Origin: Chiloscyllium plagiosum
Taxonomy: Eukaryota
Direction: 5' to 3'
Assembly (NCBI RefSeq): GCF_004010195.1
Contig: NC_057749.1
Coordinates: 14,888,088 to 14,952,087, forward strand
Length of the DNA stretch: 64,000 nt
The translations under genes were made by a program, and so were the position numbers. Shown here piece after piece: positions 26,201-38,105 of this stretch (the first letter of the stretch is position 1; every line of letters starts with the position of its first letter). The notes under the pieces were generated by a model. That model made no database searches. It worked only from the letters and a program-made list of their open reading frames with translations, and was not told the DNA's origin.

Positions 26201-26828
26201 TGTAATGGACCTGACCTCCTCAGAATATATTTAAGAAACTAACGTGGACCCTAACGTTTTCTTATATATAAAGGAAAATTTGAAAAGCCATGTTCCAGAT
26301 CAACTGTTATTGATGAAACTACTCAGCAGAAACACAATTTATTTAAACAATGTATATAAAATACAAATAAAAATAATGAAGAATTTCGAATAACCTAACT
26401 CTATTAGAAAACGTAATGCAATAATAGATACAGTAACTGTTACTAATTAACTGTTCCAATATAGTACTATCCCATTCACACCCCCTTGGCAAAAAAAAAC
26501 AAATTAATAAAAATAGATTTGTGTCACAGGTAACCCAGTGGTAGAAAGAAACCCCAGCTTTAAGCTGTAACTGAGAGACTTCAAGCCCACAAGAGCAACA
26601 GCTTAAAGCTAAGCTTAAAAAACTAAAGAAAAACTAGAAAGCCTGGTCTGTGAGAGCTGGCCCCACCCAGCCAAGCTGCTAATATTGTTCCGACCTTTAA
26701 AAACCCCAAGGGCTCACAAGCTGTTGCCTCTAGTGGTTTTGGCAGATTGCTTGGCACCTCTGCCTTACCAACTTTCTTTTAAATACAAAGCAGGACAAAT
26801 AACCTCTTAAAGCCACCTCAGCATCATA
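26201..26828. mobile_element. Probable solo LTR
   Basis: ~630-bp AT-rich block with sharp boundaries inside pyrimidine-rich DNA. Begins TGTAAT and ends ATCATA (a degenerate TG...CA); flanks ccct/tcct are at best an imperfect TSD. Confidence 0.45.
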
Positions 26829-26995
26829 TCCTCCTTCACCCCCACTCTTTGCCATCTCTCTCTCTGCTTTCAAAAACCCTCTTCACACCATTCCTCCCCA
26901 ACCTCTCTTTGAAGTGCAGACTCTCTTTGTATAGTTGGCCGTTTTGCACCGGTATCCACCAGAGAAGGCACTTCCCCGGACATTTGGGAGGTTTG

Positions 26996-27600
26996 TTAGA
27001 GTCATAGAGATGTACAGCACGGAGACAGACCCTTCGATCCAACCTGTCCATGCCGACCAGATATCCCAAACCAATCTAGTCCCACCTGCCAGCACCCGGC
27101 CCATATCCCTCCAAACCCTTCCTCTTCATATACCCATCCAAATCCCTCTTAAATGTTGCAATTGTACCAGCCTCCATCACATCCTCTGGCAGCTCATTCC
27201 ATACACGTACCACCCTCTGTGTGCTCCTTAGGTCTCTTTTATATCCTTCCCCTCTCACCCTAAACCTATGCCCTCTAGTTCTGGACTCCCCGACCCGAGG
27301 GAACGGACTTTGTCTATTTATCCTATCTATGCCCCTCATAATTTTGTAAACCTCTATAAGGTCACCCCTCAGCCTCCGACGCTCCAGGGAAAACAGCCTC
27401 AGCCTGTTCAGCCTCTCCCTATAGCTCAAACCTGCATTCCAAGGTCTCTTTGTTCGGCAACACTCCCTAGGACCTCACCATTAAGTGTATAAGTCCTGCT
27501 AAGATTTGCTTTCCCAAAATGCAGCACCTCGCATTTATCGGAATTAAACTCCATCTGCCACTTCTCAGCTCATTGGCCCATCTGGTCCAGATCCTGTTGT
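26996..27600 (-). mobile_element. Young CR1/HER1-type LINE 3' fragment with an internal deletion
   Basis: SYRERLNRLRLFSLERRRLRGDLIEVYKIMRG...WNELPEDVMEAGT. Confidence 0.92.
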
Positions 27601-27989
27601 ATTGTTCCTCTTCTCTAGATCTTCCGGCCAACAAGCTCTGCTCTTGGTTTGCCATTTCACCAGAAAGACGACTGTGACAGTTCAGGGGTTAGCACAAACT
27701 CTCTAGACCTTGGGCTGGAGTGCACTGAAACGAAAGCTGTTGTCTCAGTGGAGTACTGAGGGAGCACTGCACTGTTGGTGGAGCTGTCTTTTGAGTGAGA
27801 TAAGGCCACATCTGCCTGTTGGGTGAATGTAAATGATCAGAGAGGTGTAAGGGTCTTATTGTCAGTGTTCTGTCCAATTTCTGCCCTTCAGTTGCAAAGG
27901 GACAGATAGGTCTGGTTAGCATTACAACCACAATTTTTAAAAAGATTGGTGGAATACAGATGGGTTCCAAGATGGCAGGTCTGTCACCC

Positions 27990-28350
27990 AAGGTGTAACT
28001 GGGCCTATACTCACTGGAGTTTACAGGAATGAGAGGTGACCTCATTGAGAGGAATCAATTAGTACCAGAGTTGGATGCAGTGATGATGTCTCCCCTGGCT
28101 AGGGGTGCAAGGTCACAGTCTCAGGATAGGAGGGAAACCATTTCGGACTGAGATGGGGAGGAATTTCTTCACTCAAACAGTGGTGAACCTAGGCAAAGAA
28201 AGCAGTAGAGACACCGAATATATTTCAGAAGCAACTGATTTACTAGAGGTTAAAGGTGTGAAGGGGTCGGGGAGACAGCAGAAATATGACATTCCGATAA
28301 AGAATCAGCCACAACTGCGTTGAATAAAGAAGAGGCTGAATGGCCTCCTG
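27990..28350 (+). mobile_element. CR1-type LINE 3' fragment
   Basis: GHSLRIGGKPFRTEMGRNFFTQTVVNL. Confidence 0.8.
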
Positions 28351-28974
28351 CTACCCCATTGCTCTCTGATGCTGACGATCCTCTGCACCACACTGGGCTT
28401 GTTGGAATTGAATCTCAAATCCAAGAATTCCTCTACACTGTTAGAGTCTGGAATGGGTCTGGAAGCCACAACCTCAGATTCAGGGAGTCACTGACAAGAA
28501 ACCAAGCCAGAGCAGGCAAAACCGATCTTTAAATCATCGCTGCAATTTCCGCAGTGAGTGAATTTCAGAGAAGATAAAGTTTTAATAAGACCAAAGAAAG
28601 CTGCAGAGTCCTCAATGTGTGTACAGTATTAAATCTCATAATTCTGAGTACAATCTACACTGAGTGTGAAACCTTGCGAAGGGAGCAGTGAACTGATCCA
28701 TAATTTATATGGCTGAGAGTGAATTTCAATCTGTTGTGACATGTATATGTTTCAGCATAAAATGTTACAGTGATCTCTTACAGCACAGAATGAGGCCATC
28801 CAGCCCATCATGCCTGTGCTGGCTCTTGGCAATATTCCTCCAGTTTGTCCCATTGCCCACTCCTTTCCCCATTCCTTGTTCTCTCCAATGCTCTACCAAT
28901 TAGTCCAACTATTGATCCAAATTTGAAAGTTCCTGTGGCACCTGCTTCCAGGCAGCATGCCCCACACCACACCA

Positions 28975-29421
28975 ACTCACCACATTAAAAGGAATCTTTC
29001 CCTGCCATCCATGAACCCAGCCCAGACCATCACGGAAGCCAACATTCCAAGCATCTACACTTCTCCCTGCCTTGGGAAAGCAGCCACCATCATCAAACCC
29101 CCCCCCCCCCACCCTGGTTATTATCTTATACAATCTCTTGCATCAGGCAAAAGGTACAAAAACTTAAACACATGTACCAACAGGTTCAAGAGAAGCTTCT
29201 TCCCTCCCTGCTGTTATTGGACTGATGAATGGACCTCTCAAATTCTAAATTTAATGTTGATCTCGCTCTTTGCGCACCTTCTCTGTAGCCGTAACATTTA
29301 TTCCTCGCTCTGTTCTAACACCCTATGACCTTTATGTGGTATGATCTGACTGTACTGCAGACAAAACAAAACAATTCACTGTATCTAGGTACATGTGACA
29401 ATAACAAATCAAATCAATAAA
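28975..29421 (+). mobile_element. Rex1/Babar-type LINE 3' fragment
   Basis: Homologous to 62200-62610; SGKRYKNLNTCTNRFKRSFFP peptide; aaatcaaatc tail. Confidence 0.8.
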
Positions 29422-29679
29422 AGTTCTTTCGGCAGGGGAAATCTGCCGTGCTGACCCAAGCTTTAGCCTGAGCCTCTGGATGTCTAGCCCAATGTCTTTA
29501 CCACCACACCCCAGACCTTTACATGTGGGTTGACTCAAGTCACTGTGTGCAGAGTGATTGGAATGGTTAGCTGGTTGTTTGAGACCAGCACAGATGCAAT
29601 GGGCCAAAGGTCCTTTCTCTATGCTATAGATCTCTATTACTCTTTAGGAACACTGTCAGGATTTAGCGATTCTCCTTTG

Positions 29680-30437
29680 AAGGATGTTGCCAGGGTTGGA
29701 GGATTTAGGCTATAGGGAGATGCTGAAGACAATGGGGCTGTTATCCCTGGAGCATCGGAGGCTGAGGGGTGACCTTATAGAGGTTTGTAAAATCATGAGG
29801 GGCATGGATAGGATAAATACACAAGGTCTTTTCCCTGGGGTGGGGGAGTCCAAACCTAGAGAGCATAGGTTTAGGGTCAGAGGGGAAAAATTTAAAAGGG
29901 ACCTAAGTGGCAGCATTTTCACGCAGAGGGTGGTACGTGTATGGAATGACCTGCCAGAGGAAATAGTGGAGGCTGGTACAATTACAACTTTTCTTTTTAG
30001 ATTAGTTTAGATTAGATTAGATTACAGTGTGGAAACAGGCCCTTCGGCCCAACAAGTCCACACCGACCCGCCGAAGCGAAACCCACCCATACCCCTACAT
30101 TTACCCCTTTCCTAACACTATGGGCAATTTAGCATGGCCAATTCACCTGACCCTGCACATCTTTGGACTGTGGGAGGAAACCGGAGCACCCGGAGGAAAC
30201 CCACGCAGACACAGGGAGAACGTGCAAACTCCACACAGTCAGTCGCCTGAGGCGGGAATTGAACCCGGGTCTCTGGCGCTGTGAGGCAGCAGTGCTAACC
30301 ACTGTGCCACCGTGCTGCCCACAAAAGGCATCCGGATGGGTATGTGAATAGGAAGGGTGCTGGCAAATGGGACTAGATATGGACAAGTTGAACCAAAGGG
30401 TCTGTTTCCGTGCTGTACGTCTCTATGACTCTATGAC
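29680..30437 (+). mobile_element. CR1-type LINE 3' fragment interrupted by an HE1 SINE
   Basis: MLPGLEDLGYRE...WNDLPEEIVEAGT; resumes after 30320 and ends ctctatgactctatgac. Confidence 0.9.
29996..30320 (-). mobile_element. Full-length young HE1/V-SINE
   Basis: tRNA-like head with A box TGGCACAGTGG and B box GGTTCAATTCC, V-domain core, LINE-like 3' end and (TCTAA)n tail. Confidence 0.9.
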
Positions 30438-30469
30438 TTTAAGTGATATTCACAGGTGCACCGCCTGCT

Positions 30470-31000
30470 GGATTTCTGACGCAGTTCTGGTAGCCCTACA
30501 GTAGAAGGGATATTATTAAACTAGAAAAAGTGCAGAAAAGATTTCCTAGGATGCTACCTGAACTGGAAGGTTTGAGTTATAAGGAGAGGTTGGATAGGCT
30601 GGGATCTTTTTCCCTGGAGTGTAGGAGACTGAGGGCTGACATTATAGAGGTTTATAAAATCATGAGAGACATTGATAAGGCAGATAGTCAGTAGCGATTC
30701 CCCATAGTAGGGGATTCTAAAACTAATGGGCATAGGTTTAAGGGGAGAGATACAAAAGTGTCCAGAGGGACAATTGTTTCATACAGAAGATGGGTGAGTG
30801 TCTGAAACAAGCTGCCAGAGGTAGCGGTGGAGGTGAGTACAGTTTTGTCAATTAAGAAATATTTGAGCAGGAACATGGATGGGATAGGTACAGAGGGATA
30901 TGGACCAAATGCAGACAAATAGGACGAGTTTAAATTGTGAAAACTGAGCAGCATGGTCGTGTTGGGCTGAAGGGCCTGTTTCCATGCTGTAGACCTCAAT
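30470..31000 (+). mobile_element. CR1-type LINE 3' fragment
   Basis: gcagttctgg...gtgcagaaaagattt...gggctgaagggcctgtttccatgctgta. Confidence 0.85.
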
Positions 31001-31309
31001 GATGGCGTGATGCCTGATCTTACTGGATGTTTCAGCGTGCCAGGTGGCATGGGGCAGAGACTCACAGGCAGGAGAATGCCAGTAGTTGGCTCCAGTGAAA
31101 CTAGATCAGGATGTATGCAGTTAATGGCTGCCCATTGACGATTTCCCAAAAGATCATTGGGATATGACTGGCCCTAAAATCCAACACACCTTCACCGGCG
31201 GAGACCCAGTCTGCTCTGGGCAGAAAGCAGCAAGAAAGCTTTGCATTTAAATAGCATCTTTAACATCCTCAGTGTGCCCCAAAAGGTTTTTCATCCAATG
31301 TTGTGTTTA

Positions 31310-31830
31310 CAGTTACAGAATCACACAGCACAGAAATGGACCCTTTGGTCTAACCAGTCTATGCCGAACATAATCACAATCTAAACTAGTCCCACCTGCC
31401 TGCCCCTGGCCCATATCCCTCCAAACCTTTCCCATGCATGTACTTAACCAAATGTCTTTTAAATGTTGTAACTGTACCTGCATCCGCCACTTCCTCTGGC
31501 AGTTCATTCCCACATACAAACCACTCTTTGTATAAAATAAATTGTCCCCATGTCTTTTTTACTTCTTTCTCCTCTCAACTTAAAAATATGCCTCTTCGTC
31601 TTGAAATTCCTCCTAGCAAAACGACACCTGCCATTCACCTTATCTATACCCATTGTTATTTTATAAATTTCTATATGGTCACCCCTCAAACTCCAGTGCT
31701 CCATTGAAAAGAGTTCCAGTCTCTCCTTATGACTCAGACTCTCCATTCCCGGCAATGTCCTGGTAAATCTCATCTGAACCCTCTCCAGTATGATAATAGC
31801 GAGACCAGAACTGGACACAGTACTCCACAA
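31310..31830 (-). mobile_element. CR1-type LINE 3' fragment
   Basis: LERVQMRFTRTLPGMESLSHKERL...RGDHIEIYKI. Confidence 0.88.
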
Positions 31831-33499
31831 GAGTGTTTCTTCTGAAGTGTGGTCACTATTGTAATATCAGTCAACGCGCACACAAGATCCCAAAACCAAC
31901 AATGTAATGGATACCAGACAAAATGTGTACTGGTGGTAAAAGCAAATATATCTGCAGGTGCTGGAAATCTGAAAAGGAAACAGAAGATGCTGGAGAAACT
32001 CAGCAGGTCTGGCAACCTCTGTAGAGACAGAAACAGTTAATATTTCAATGCTGACATTTCTCTTTGAAACATTAACTCTGTTTGTCTTTGCCCAGATGCT
32101 GCTAGACTTGCTGAGTCTCTCCAGCATTTTCTGTTCGGTTTCAGATTTCCAGCACCCGCAGCGTTTTGCTTTATTTCCATGATATAAACTCATTCAAGTA
32201 CATAAAAGCCCTCCTTCTGAGACCTTGGCTTAACTGAAGCATATATCAGACGAGACAGCGCACTAAATAAAACACCGCAGTGATTAAATTCCACAATGTG
32301 GTGAACTTTATGTTATTCAAACAGGATCTTAAATCAACCTCTGACAAACACAGTGCGTTGTGAACCTTGTTTTATTCTGATGCCCAGGAGTAAGAAACAT
32401 TGTTTGGAATTTTGTTGAAATGAAAAAGGAAGTAATTGACTTCAGTTCCCATCAGAATCAGTTGCAATTATTTTCATTGAAGTGGGGAGTCAAGATCCAT
32501 CAAGATCCCAGTCAGAAATGGGATGGTGAAGTTGTGCTTCTTTCAGTGGGCGCGGTGGCTGGGTTTTATAAGGCTGTAGCTTTTCGGGGATGAGATCTTA
32601 TATGCCAATGGGTGGAAACAGACACCCCTAAAAGCAAGTGTAGGCATTTCAGGTTTGCTCTGCCACTCTGTTGCCAGGGTTGTTGGGTTTGAGCTATAGG
32701 GAGAGGCTGAATAGGCTGGGGCTGTTTTCCCTGGAGCGTCGGAGGCTGAGGGGTGACCTTATAGAAGTTTATAAAACCATGAGGGGCACGGCCTGAAGCC
32801 CCTGCTGTCAGCCTGTGTGTGTGGTGTAAACCGATTATTCGAAGAGGGGACTCACTGAGTCCTCCTCAGTAATCTGGTCAACTGTTGGTGCCCTGCTCGT
32901 GGGATCTTGCTGTGCAGGTGCCCTAATGTAGCGACAATGACAGAACTTTAAAAGTTAATTGGTTGTCAGGGGAGATGTCTAAAAATGGATATCGTGTCTC
33001 CATTTCCTTTTCCGACTCATCCTATTGCATGAACTCGGAACCATGATCTAACTCTCCTCTCTACAGTTTCAACAATGGTGCTGCCTTCATCTGTTCTCTG
33101 CCAGACTGTGAGCCAGTGTTCAAGTGTGCGTGCTGCCTGTTATTTGGAGCTGTCTGTAGTGTCACACCCTGGACTGTCAGTTCCTGGGGAAGGAAGCAGC
33201 ATTAGCTGGGGGAGCAGATTAGCTGTATCCGGACATTGCACTGAAGAGTACAGGGTCACCCGTGACTGACAACTTGCAAATGGGAAAGAGACAGAAAAGA
33301 GACGAGAAAAAACGTTATTGGCTTTCCAAATATTAACATAAAACAGGTTTTTACAGGAAGTGGTAATGGTTGTGGAAGTGGCCACCTCACGCTGGGTACG
33401 GTGCAGGTTACTGAGTGGTACTCATGGTGTAACAACAATGACAGCCTGCATTCGTATAGTGCCTTCAATGCAGTAAAGTAAGCCAAGCTACAAAAGTTT

Positions 33500-33906
33500 G
33501 TAAAGTAGAGGGGCAGAATTAGGCCATTCGGCCCATCGAGTCTGCCCCACCATTCGATCATGGCTCATCTGTCCCTCACTGACATTTTCCTGCCTTCTCC
33601 CCATATCCCTTCAACCCATTGCCAATTAAAAATCTGTCTAAGTCCTCCTTACATTTACTCACTGTCCCAGCACCCAGCACACTTTGGGGTCGGGAATGCC
33701 ACAGATTCACACCTCTTTGGGTGAAGTAGTTTTTCCTCCTGTCTGTTTTAAATTTATTCCCCATTATCCTAAGACTATGACCTTTCATCCTGGATTCCCC
33801 ACAAGAGGAAGTATCCACTCCACATTTATTTTATCCCCACCTTTGATCATCTTGAATACCTCCATTAGATCTCCCCTCATTCTCCTAAATATCAGAGTAT
33901 AGGCCT
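33500..33906 (-). mobile_element. CR1-type LINE 3' fragment
   Basis: GHSLRIMGNKFKTDRRKNYFTQRGVNLWHS. Confidence 0.85.
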
Positions 33907-34170
33907 ACCCAACCAGAACTCTATCCACAAACACATCGAGTTAGACCCCATCTACCACCCCCTGCGAGAAAGAACAGGAAATGACAGCACCACAGGAGAT
34001 GACATCACCAACTCAAATATATAAATAGAAAGCAGGAATTATCAGCACTGCTTCGCCTAAAGATGTTACCTAGCAGGGTGATGAAACGTCTGGAAATGAA
34101 CCTTCCAGCTCAGTGCAAACTTACATCCAGAACCTCAACCTGAGGGACAAATCTTCTCAAAACTTGCTAA
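33907..34170 (+). mobile_element. Penelope-like element 3' end / pseudo-LTR fragment
   Basis: NSIHKHIELDPIYHPL is homologous to DSINKHINLDPIYQPL at ~60640-60690; decayed hammerhead ctaaagatgttacctagcagggtgatgaaacgtc; ends acaaatcttctcaaaact like ~60880-60900. Confidence 0.75.
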
Positions 34171-35089
34171 GACAGGAGTATAATATTTGCCCTGTGTCTA
34201 GATGATAAAAGGGTGTTGTAGTATGTGGAGTCAGTTTTATCTCCATAAATTTGACTTAGGAAGGTTTACTGGTGATTAATTTCAGCGCAACGCCAATTTG
34301 TAACAGAAGGAGGGCACAGTGCAAGTGGAGACAGAGCATTAGGACAGTGATGGAACGCTGGATCATTCACTTGTGGCCCCAATTCGTTTGCTTTCTGCCC
34401 AGACAGCAGTGATTGATGGTTACTGCTCACACTGGGTTGGTGCGATGCTGTGGTAATGGCATTGAGCAGTGCTCCTTACTCACAGATTCCCGAGATTCTC
34501 CCACATCTGTGTCACTCGGCAGCTCGGATCTCAGACTGTAATCCGAAGAAGGCAGCTTCCGGCTTTTCCCTGTTAGGATCAAAAAGCAGCCTGACCTCCT
34601 GACCTCCGTCCACCTCGTCAGACTTTGTCCATTGCCCGGTCAGTAAAGCACTAAGACACCGTCCATATCTTGACCATCAGCACCCAGTCTTCTCCAAGTC
34701 AGGTGACTCATCTCCCTGCCAAGTGGCCCTTCACCCTAAGGAGCGCACTGGTTACCCCAAACATTTCTTACTTTCTGAGTCTGACCACAATGAGCTTGCA
34801 GGTTTGGAGAGAGGGACACAGAGCTGGGCGGTTCTTAAGTCTGTTCTGATGGATTTAGCTGAAATCAGAGCACCAGGGCACAGGAGAATCAGTTTGTGAA
34901 TTAGGAAAATTAACAAAAATGGAACTTAATCTTTCATGAGGCTCCACGTGGAGGCCAGGGAAGGGGAAGAAGCCCAGCCCACTCTAGGGTTTTCACACTC
35001 ACACAATCTCCTGCACATTTCCACAGCTTAAGTTTTTAGTGATTTAATTGTTATTCTTAATTCATTGATTCAGTCTAAAGCCAAACAGA

Positions 35090-36761
35090 AACAGACCTGT
35101 CCCCACCAGTACTCTACCCCAGTGTTGTACAGTGACAGACCTGTCCCCACCAGTACTCTACCCCAGTGTTGTACAGGGACAGACCTGTCCCCACCAGTAC
35201 TGTACCCCAGTGTTATACCCCAGTGTTGTACAGTGACAGACCTGTCCCCATCAGTACTCTACCCCAGTGTTGTATAGGGACAGACCTATCCCCACCAGTA
35301 CTGTACCCCAGTGTTGTACAGTGACAGACCTGTCCCCACCAGTACTGTACCCCAGTGTTATACAGGGACAGACCTGTCCCCACCAGCACTGTACCACTGT
35401 AACATACAGTGACAGACCTGACCCCACCAGTACTGTACCCCAGTGTTATACAGTGACAGACCAGTCCCCACCAGTACNNNNNNNNNNNNNNNNNNNNNNN
35501 NNNNNNNNNNNNNNNNNNNNNNNNNNNNNNNNNNNNNNNNNNNNNNNNNNNNNNNNNNNNNNNNNNNNNNNNNNNNNNNNNNNNNNNNNNNNNNNNNNNN
35601 NNNNNNNNNNNNNNNNNNNNNNNNNNNNNNNNNNNNNNNNNNNNNNNNNNNNNNNNNNNNNNNNNNNNNNNNNNNNNNNNNNNNNNNNNNNNNNNNNNNN
35701 NNNNNNNNNNNNNNNNNNNNNNNNNNNNNNNNNNNNNNNNNNNNNNNNNNNNNNNNNNNNNNNNNNNNNNNNNNNNNNNNNNNNNNNNNNNNNNNNNNNN
35801 NNNNNNNNNNNNNNNNNNNNNNNNNNNNNNNNNNNNNNNNNNNNNNNNNNNNNNNNNNNNNNNNNNNNNNNNNNNNNNNNNNNNNNNNNNNNNNNNNNNN
35901 NNNNNNNNNNNNNNNNNNNNNNNNNNNNNNNNNNNNNNNNNNNNNNNNNNNNNNNNNNNNNNNNNNNNNNNNNNNNNNNNNNNNNNNNNNNNNNNNNNNN
36001 NNNNNNNNNNNNNNNNNNNNNNNNNNNNNNNNNNNNNNNNNNNNNNNNNNNNNNNNNNNNNNNNNNNNNNNNNNNNNNNNNNNNNNNNNNNNNNNNNNNN
36101 NNNNNNNNNNNNNNNNNNNNNNNNNNNNNNNNNNNNNNNNNNNNNNNNNNNNNNNNNNNNNNNNNNNNNNNNNNNNNNNNNNNNNNNNNNNNNNNNNNNN
36201 NNNNNNNNNNNNNNNNNNNNNNNNNNNNNNNNNNNNNNNNNNNNNNNNNNNNNNNNNNNNNNNNNNNNNNNNNNCCCCACCAGTACTGTACTCCAGTGTT
36301 ATACAGTGACAGACCTGTCCCCACCAGTACTGTACCCCAGTGTTATACAGTGACAGACCTGTCCCCACCAGTACTGTACCCCAGTGTTATACAGTGACAG
36401 ACCTGTCCCCACCAGTACTGTACCCCAGTGTTATACAGTGACAGACCTGTCCCCACCAGTACTGTACCCCAGTGTTATACAGTGACAGACCTGTCCCCAC
36501 CAGTACTGTACCCCAGTGTTATACAGTGACAGACCTGTCCCCACCAGTACTGTACCCCAGTGTTATACAGTGACAGACCTGTCCCCACCAGTACTGTACC
36601 CCAGTGTTACACAGGGACAGACCTGTGCCCACCAGTACTGTACCTCAGTGTTATATAGTGACAGACATGTCCCCACCAGTACTGTACCCTAGTGTTACAC
36701 AGTGACAGACCTGTCCCCACCAGTACTGTACCCCAGTGTTATACAGTGACAGACCTGTCCC
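35090..36761 (+). repeat. 44-bp minisatellite (cagacctgtccccaccagtactgtaccccagtgttatacagtga)n spanning an assembly gap
   Basis: Tandem units on both sides of the gap 35478-36274. Confidence 0.95.
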
Positions 36762-36889
36762 TAAGTTTAATATTTTGTATTATATTTTGATTGCTCTTTC
36801 AGTGACCTAGCACTGAAGTAATAGCCTGAATGGCTTTCCAGATTGTATTCTGTGATTTTGACTGTAAGTTTTACTTTTCTCCTCCACAG

Positions 36890-37076
36890 GAGTAACCAGG
36901 GGTTCATGCACATGAAACTCACCCGAACCAAAGAGAGTAAATACATCTTGGGTCTGAACAGCCCTCCATTTGACAGTGTGCCCGAGATAATCCACTACTA
37001 CAGCAGCCGCAAACTGCCCATCAAAGGAGCTGAGCACATGTCCCTGCTGTACCCAGTGGCTATCAGAACGCTATAA
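36890..37076 (+). CDS. SHF: Terminal coding exon of an SH2 domain-containing adaptor (C-terminal half of the SH2 domain), most like SHF
   Basis: Polypyrimidine tract and acceptor ttttacttttctcctccacag|G (phase 2), then SNQGFMHMKLTRTKESKYILGLNSPPFDSVPEIIHYYSSRKLPIKGAEHMSLLYPVAIRTL with TAA then TGA. Matches the recalled SHB/SHF C-terminus. The extra residue in TKE-S-KY, HMSLL and VAIRTL favour SHF over SHB, though SHB is not excluded. Confidence 0.88.
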
Positions 37077-37639
37077 TGATCGGAGATTGTCTGAACACGT
37101 TCTATAGACTGAGCTCACTCCTGTAAAGATTCTTCTGTAGACACGCTCACTCACACACGCAGGCAACCCAGCGATGGCGACCTTTGACCTTCAGCCAGTG
37201 ACACTCCACGTGCATGCTCAGAGTGACCGGAATGACCGGTTTCCGAATTTGGCCGAGGCAAGACAGCCCTCTGACCAGCACCTGCCTCCGTCCCTTTGTG
37301 AAACCACTGATCTGAACCAGGCACTCCCTCCTGCTGATCCACACACTGGGACTGCAACATGTAGCGAGTTATCAACAGCAACTGAAACTTCTTGGAACTT
37401 TGGAATATTGTCAGAATCTTTAACTAATGTATATTTATGAGGAGTCTTTTTTTCCAGTTTATTCTTCAGGGTGGCTTTGGGCTTGGCAGGTCTGTCTCTG
37501 ATCTAAAGCTCAGCTTGGGTGTGAGGGCAGAAACCACTCCCTGAGACAGGAACTCGACATACAATCCCCGAGACAGGCCACAGGCTGGGACATGGGAAAA
37601 TGCTAAACTGGTACAATCTCCCAGGGATAAGCGAAACAG

Positions 37640-38105
37640 TGGTGGACAGAGTTTAACTCTGTATCTAACCCTGTGCTCATGCTGTCCTCTGAGTGTCTGA
37701 TGAGGACTAATGTAGAGGAAGCTTCACTCTATATCTAACCCCCTGTTGTCCATGTCCTCTGAGTGTCTGATGGTGCAGGTGCAAAGGGAGCTTTACTCTG
37801 TATCGAACCCTGTGCTGTCCCTGACCTGGGGTAATTGATGGGGACAGTGTACAAGGGGCTTTACTCTGTATCTAACCCCATGTTGTCCCTGTTGTGGGAG
37901 TGTTTGATGGGGGACAGTGTAGAGGGAGCTTTACTCTGTATCTAACCCCATGTTGTCCCTGTTGTGGGAGTGTTTAATGGGGGACAGTGTAGAGGGAGCT
38001 TTACTCTGTATCTAACTCCATGTTGTCCCTGTTGTGGGAGAGTTTGATGGGGGACCATGTAGAGGAAGTGTTACTCTCTACATGTCCCCTTGCTGTTCCT
38101 ATCCT
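37640..38105 (+). repeat. 69-70-bp minisatellite (agagggagctttactctgtatctaacccc...gggagtgtttgatggggacagtgt)n, ~6 copies
   Basis: ttactctg recurs at 37861, 37931 and 38001. Confidence 0.9.

Noticed and set aside
22943..26234. Three ORFs of more than 1000 aa rich in Pro/His/Ser/Thr/Leu
   Set aside because: All three frames are open only because the 26-bp unit contains no stop codon; no splice or homology support.
30250..30320. tRNA gene
   Set aside because: The A and B boxes belong to the SINE head and are contiguous with the V-domain and LINE-like tail.
37640..38105. Possible U2 snRNA origin of the 69-70-bp unit
   Set aside because: Only a few short words resemble U2 from memory; not supportable without alignment.
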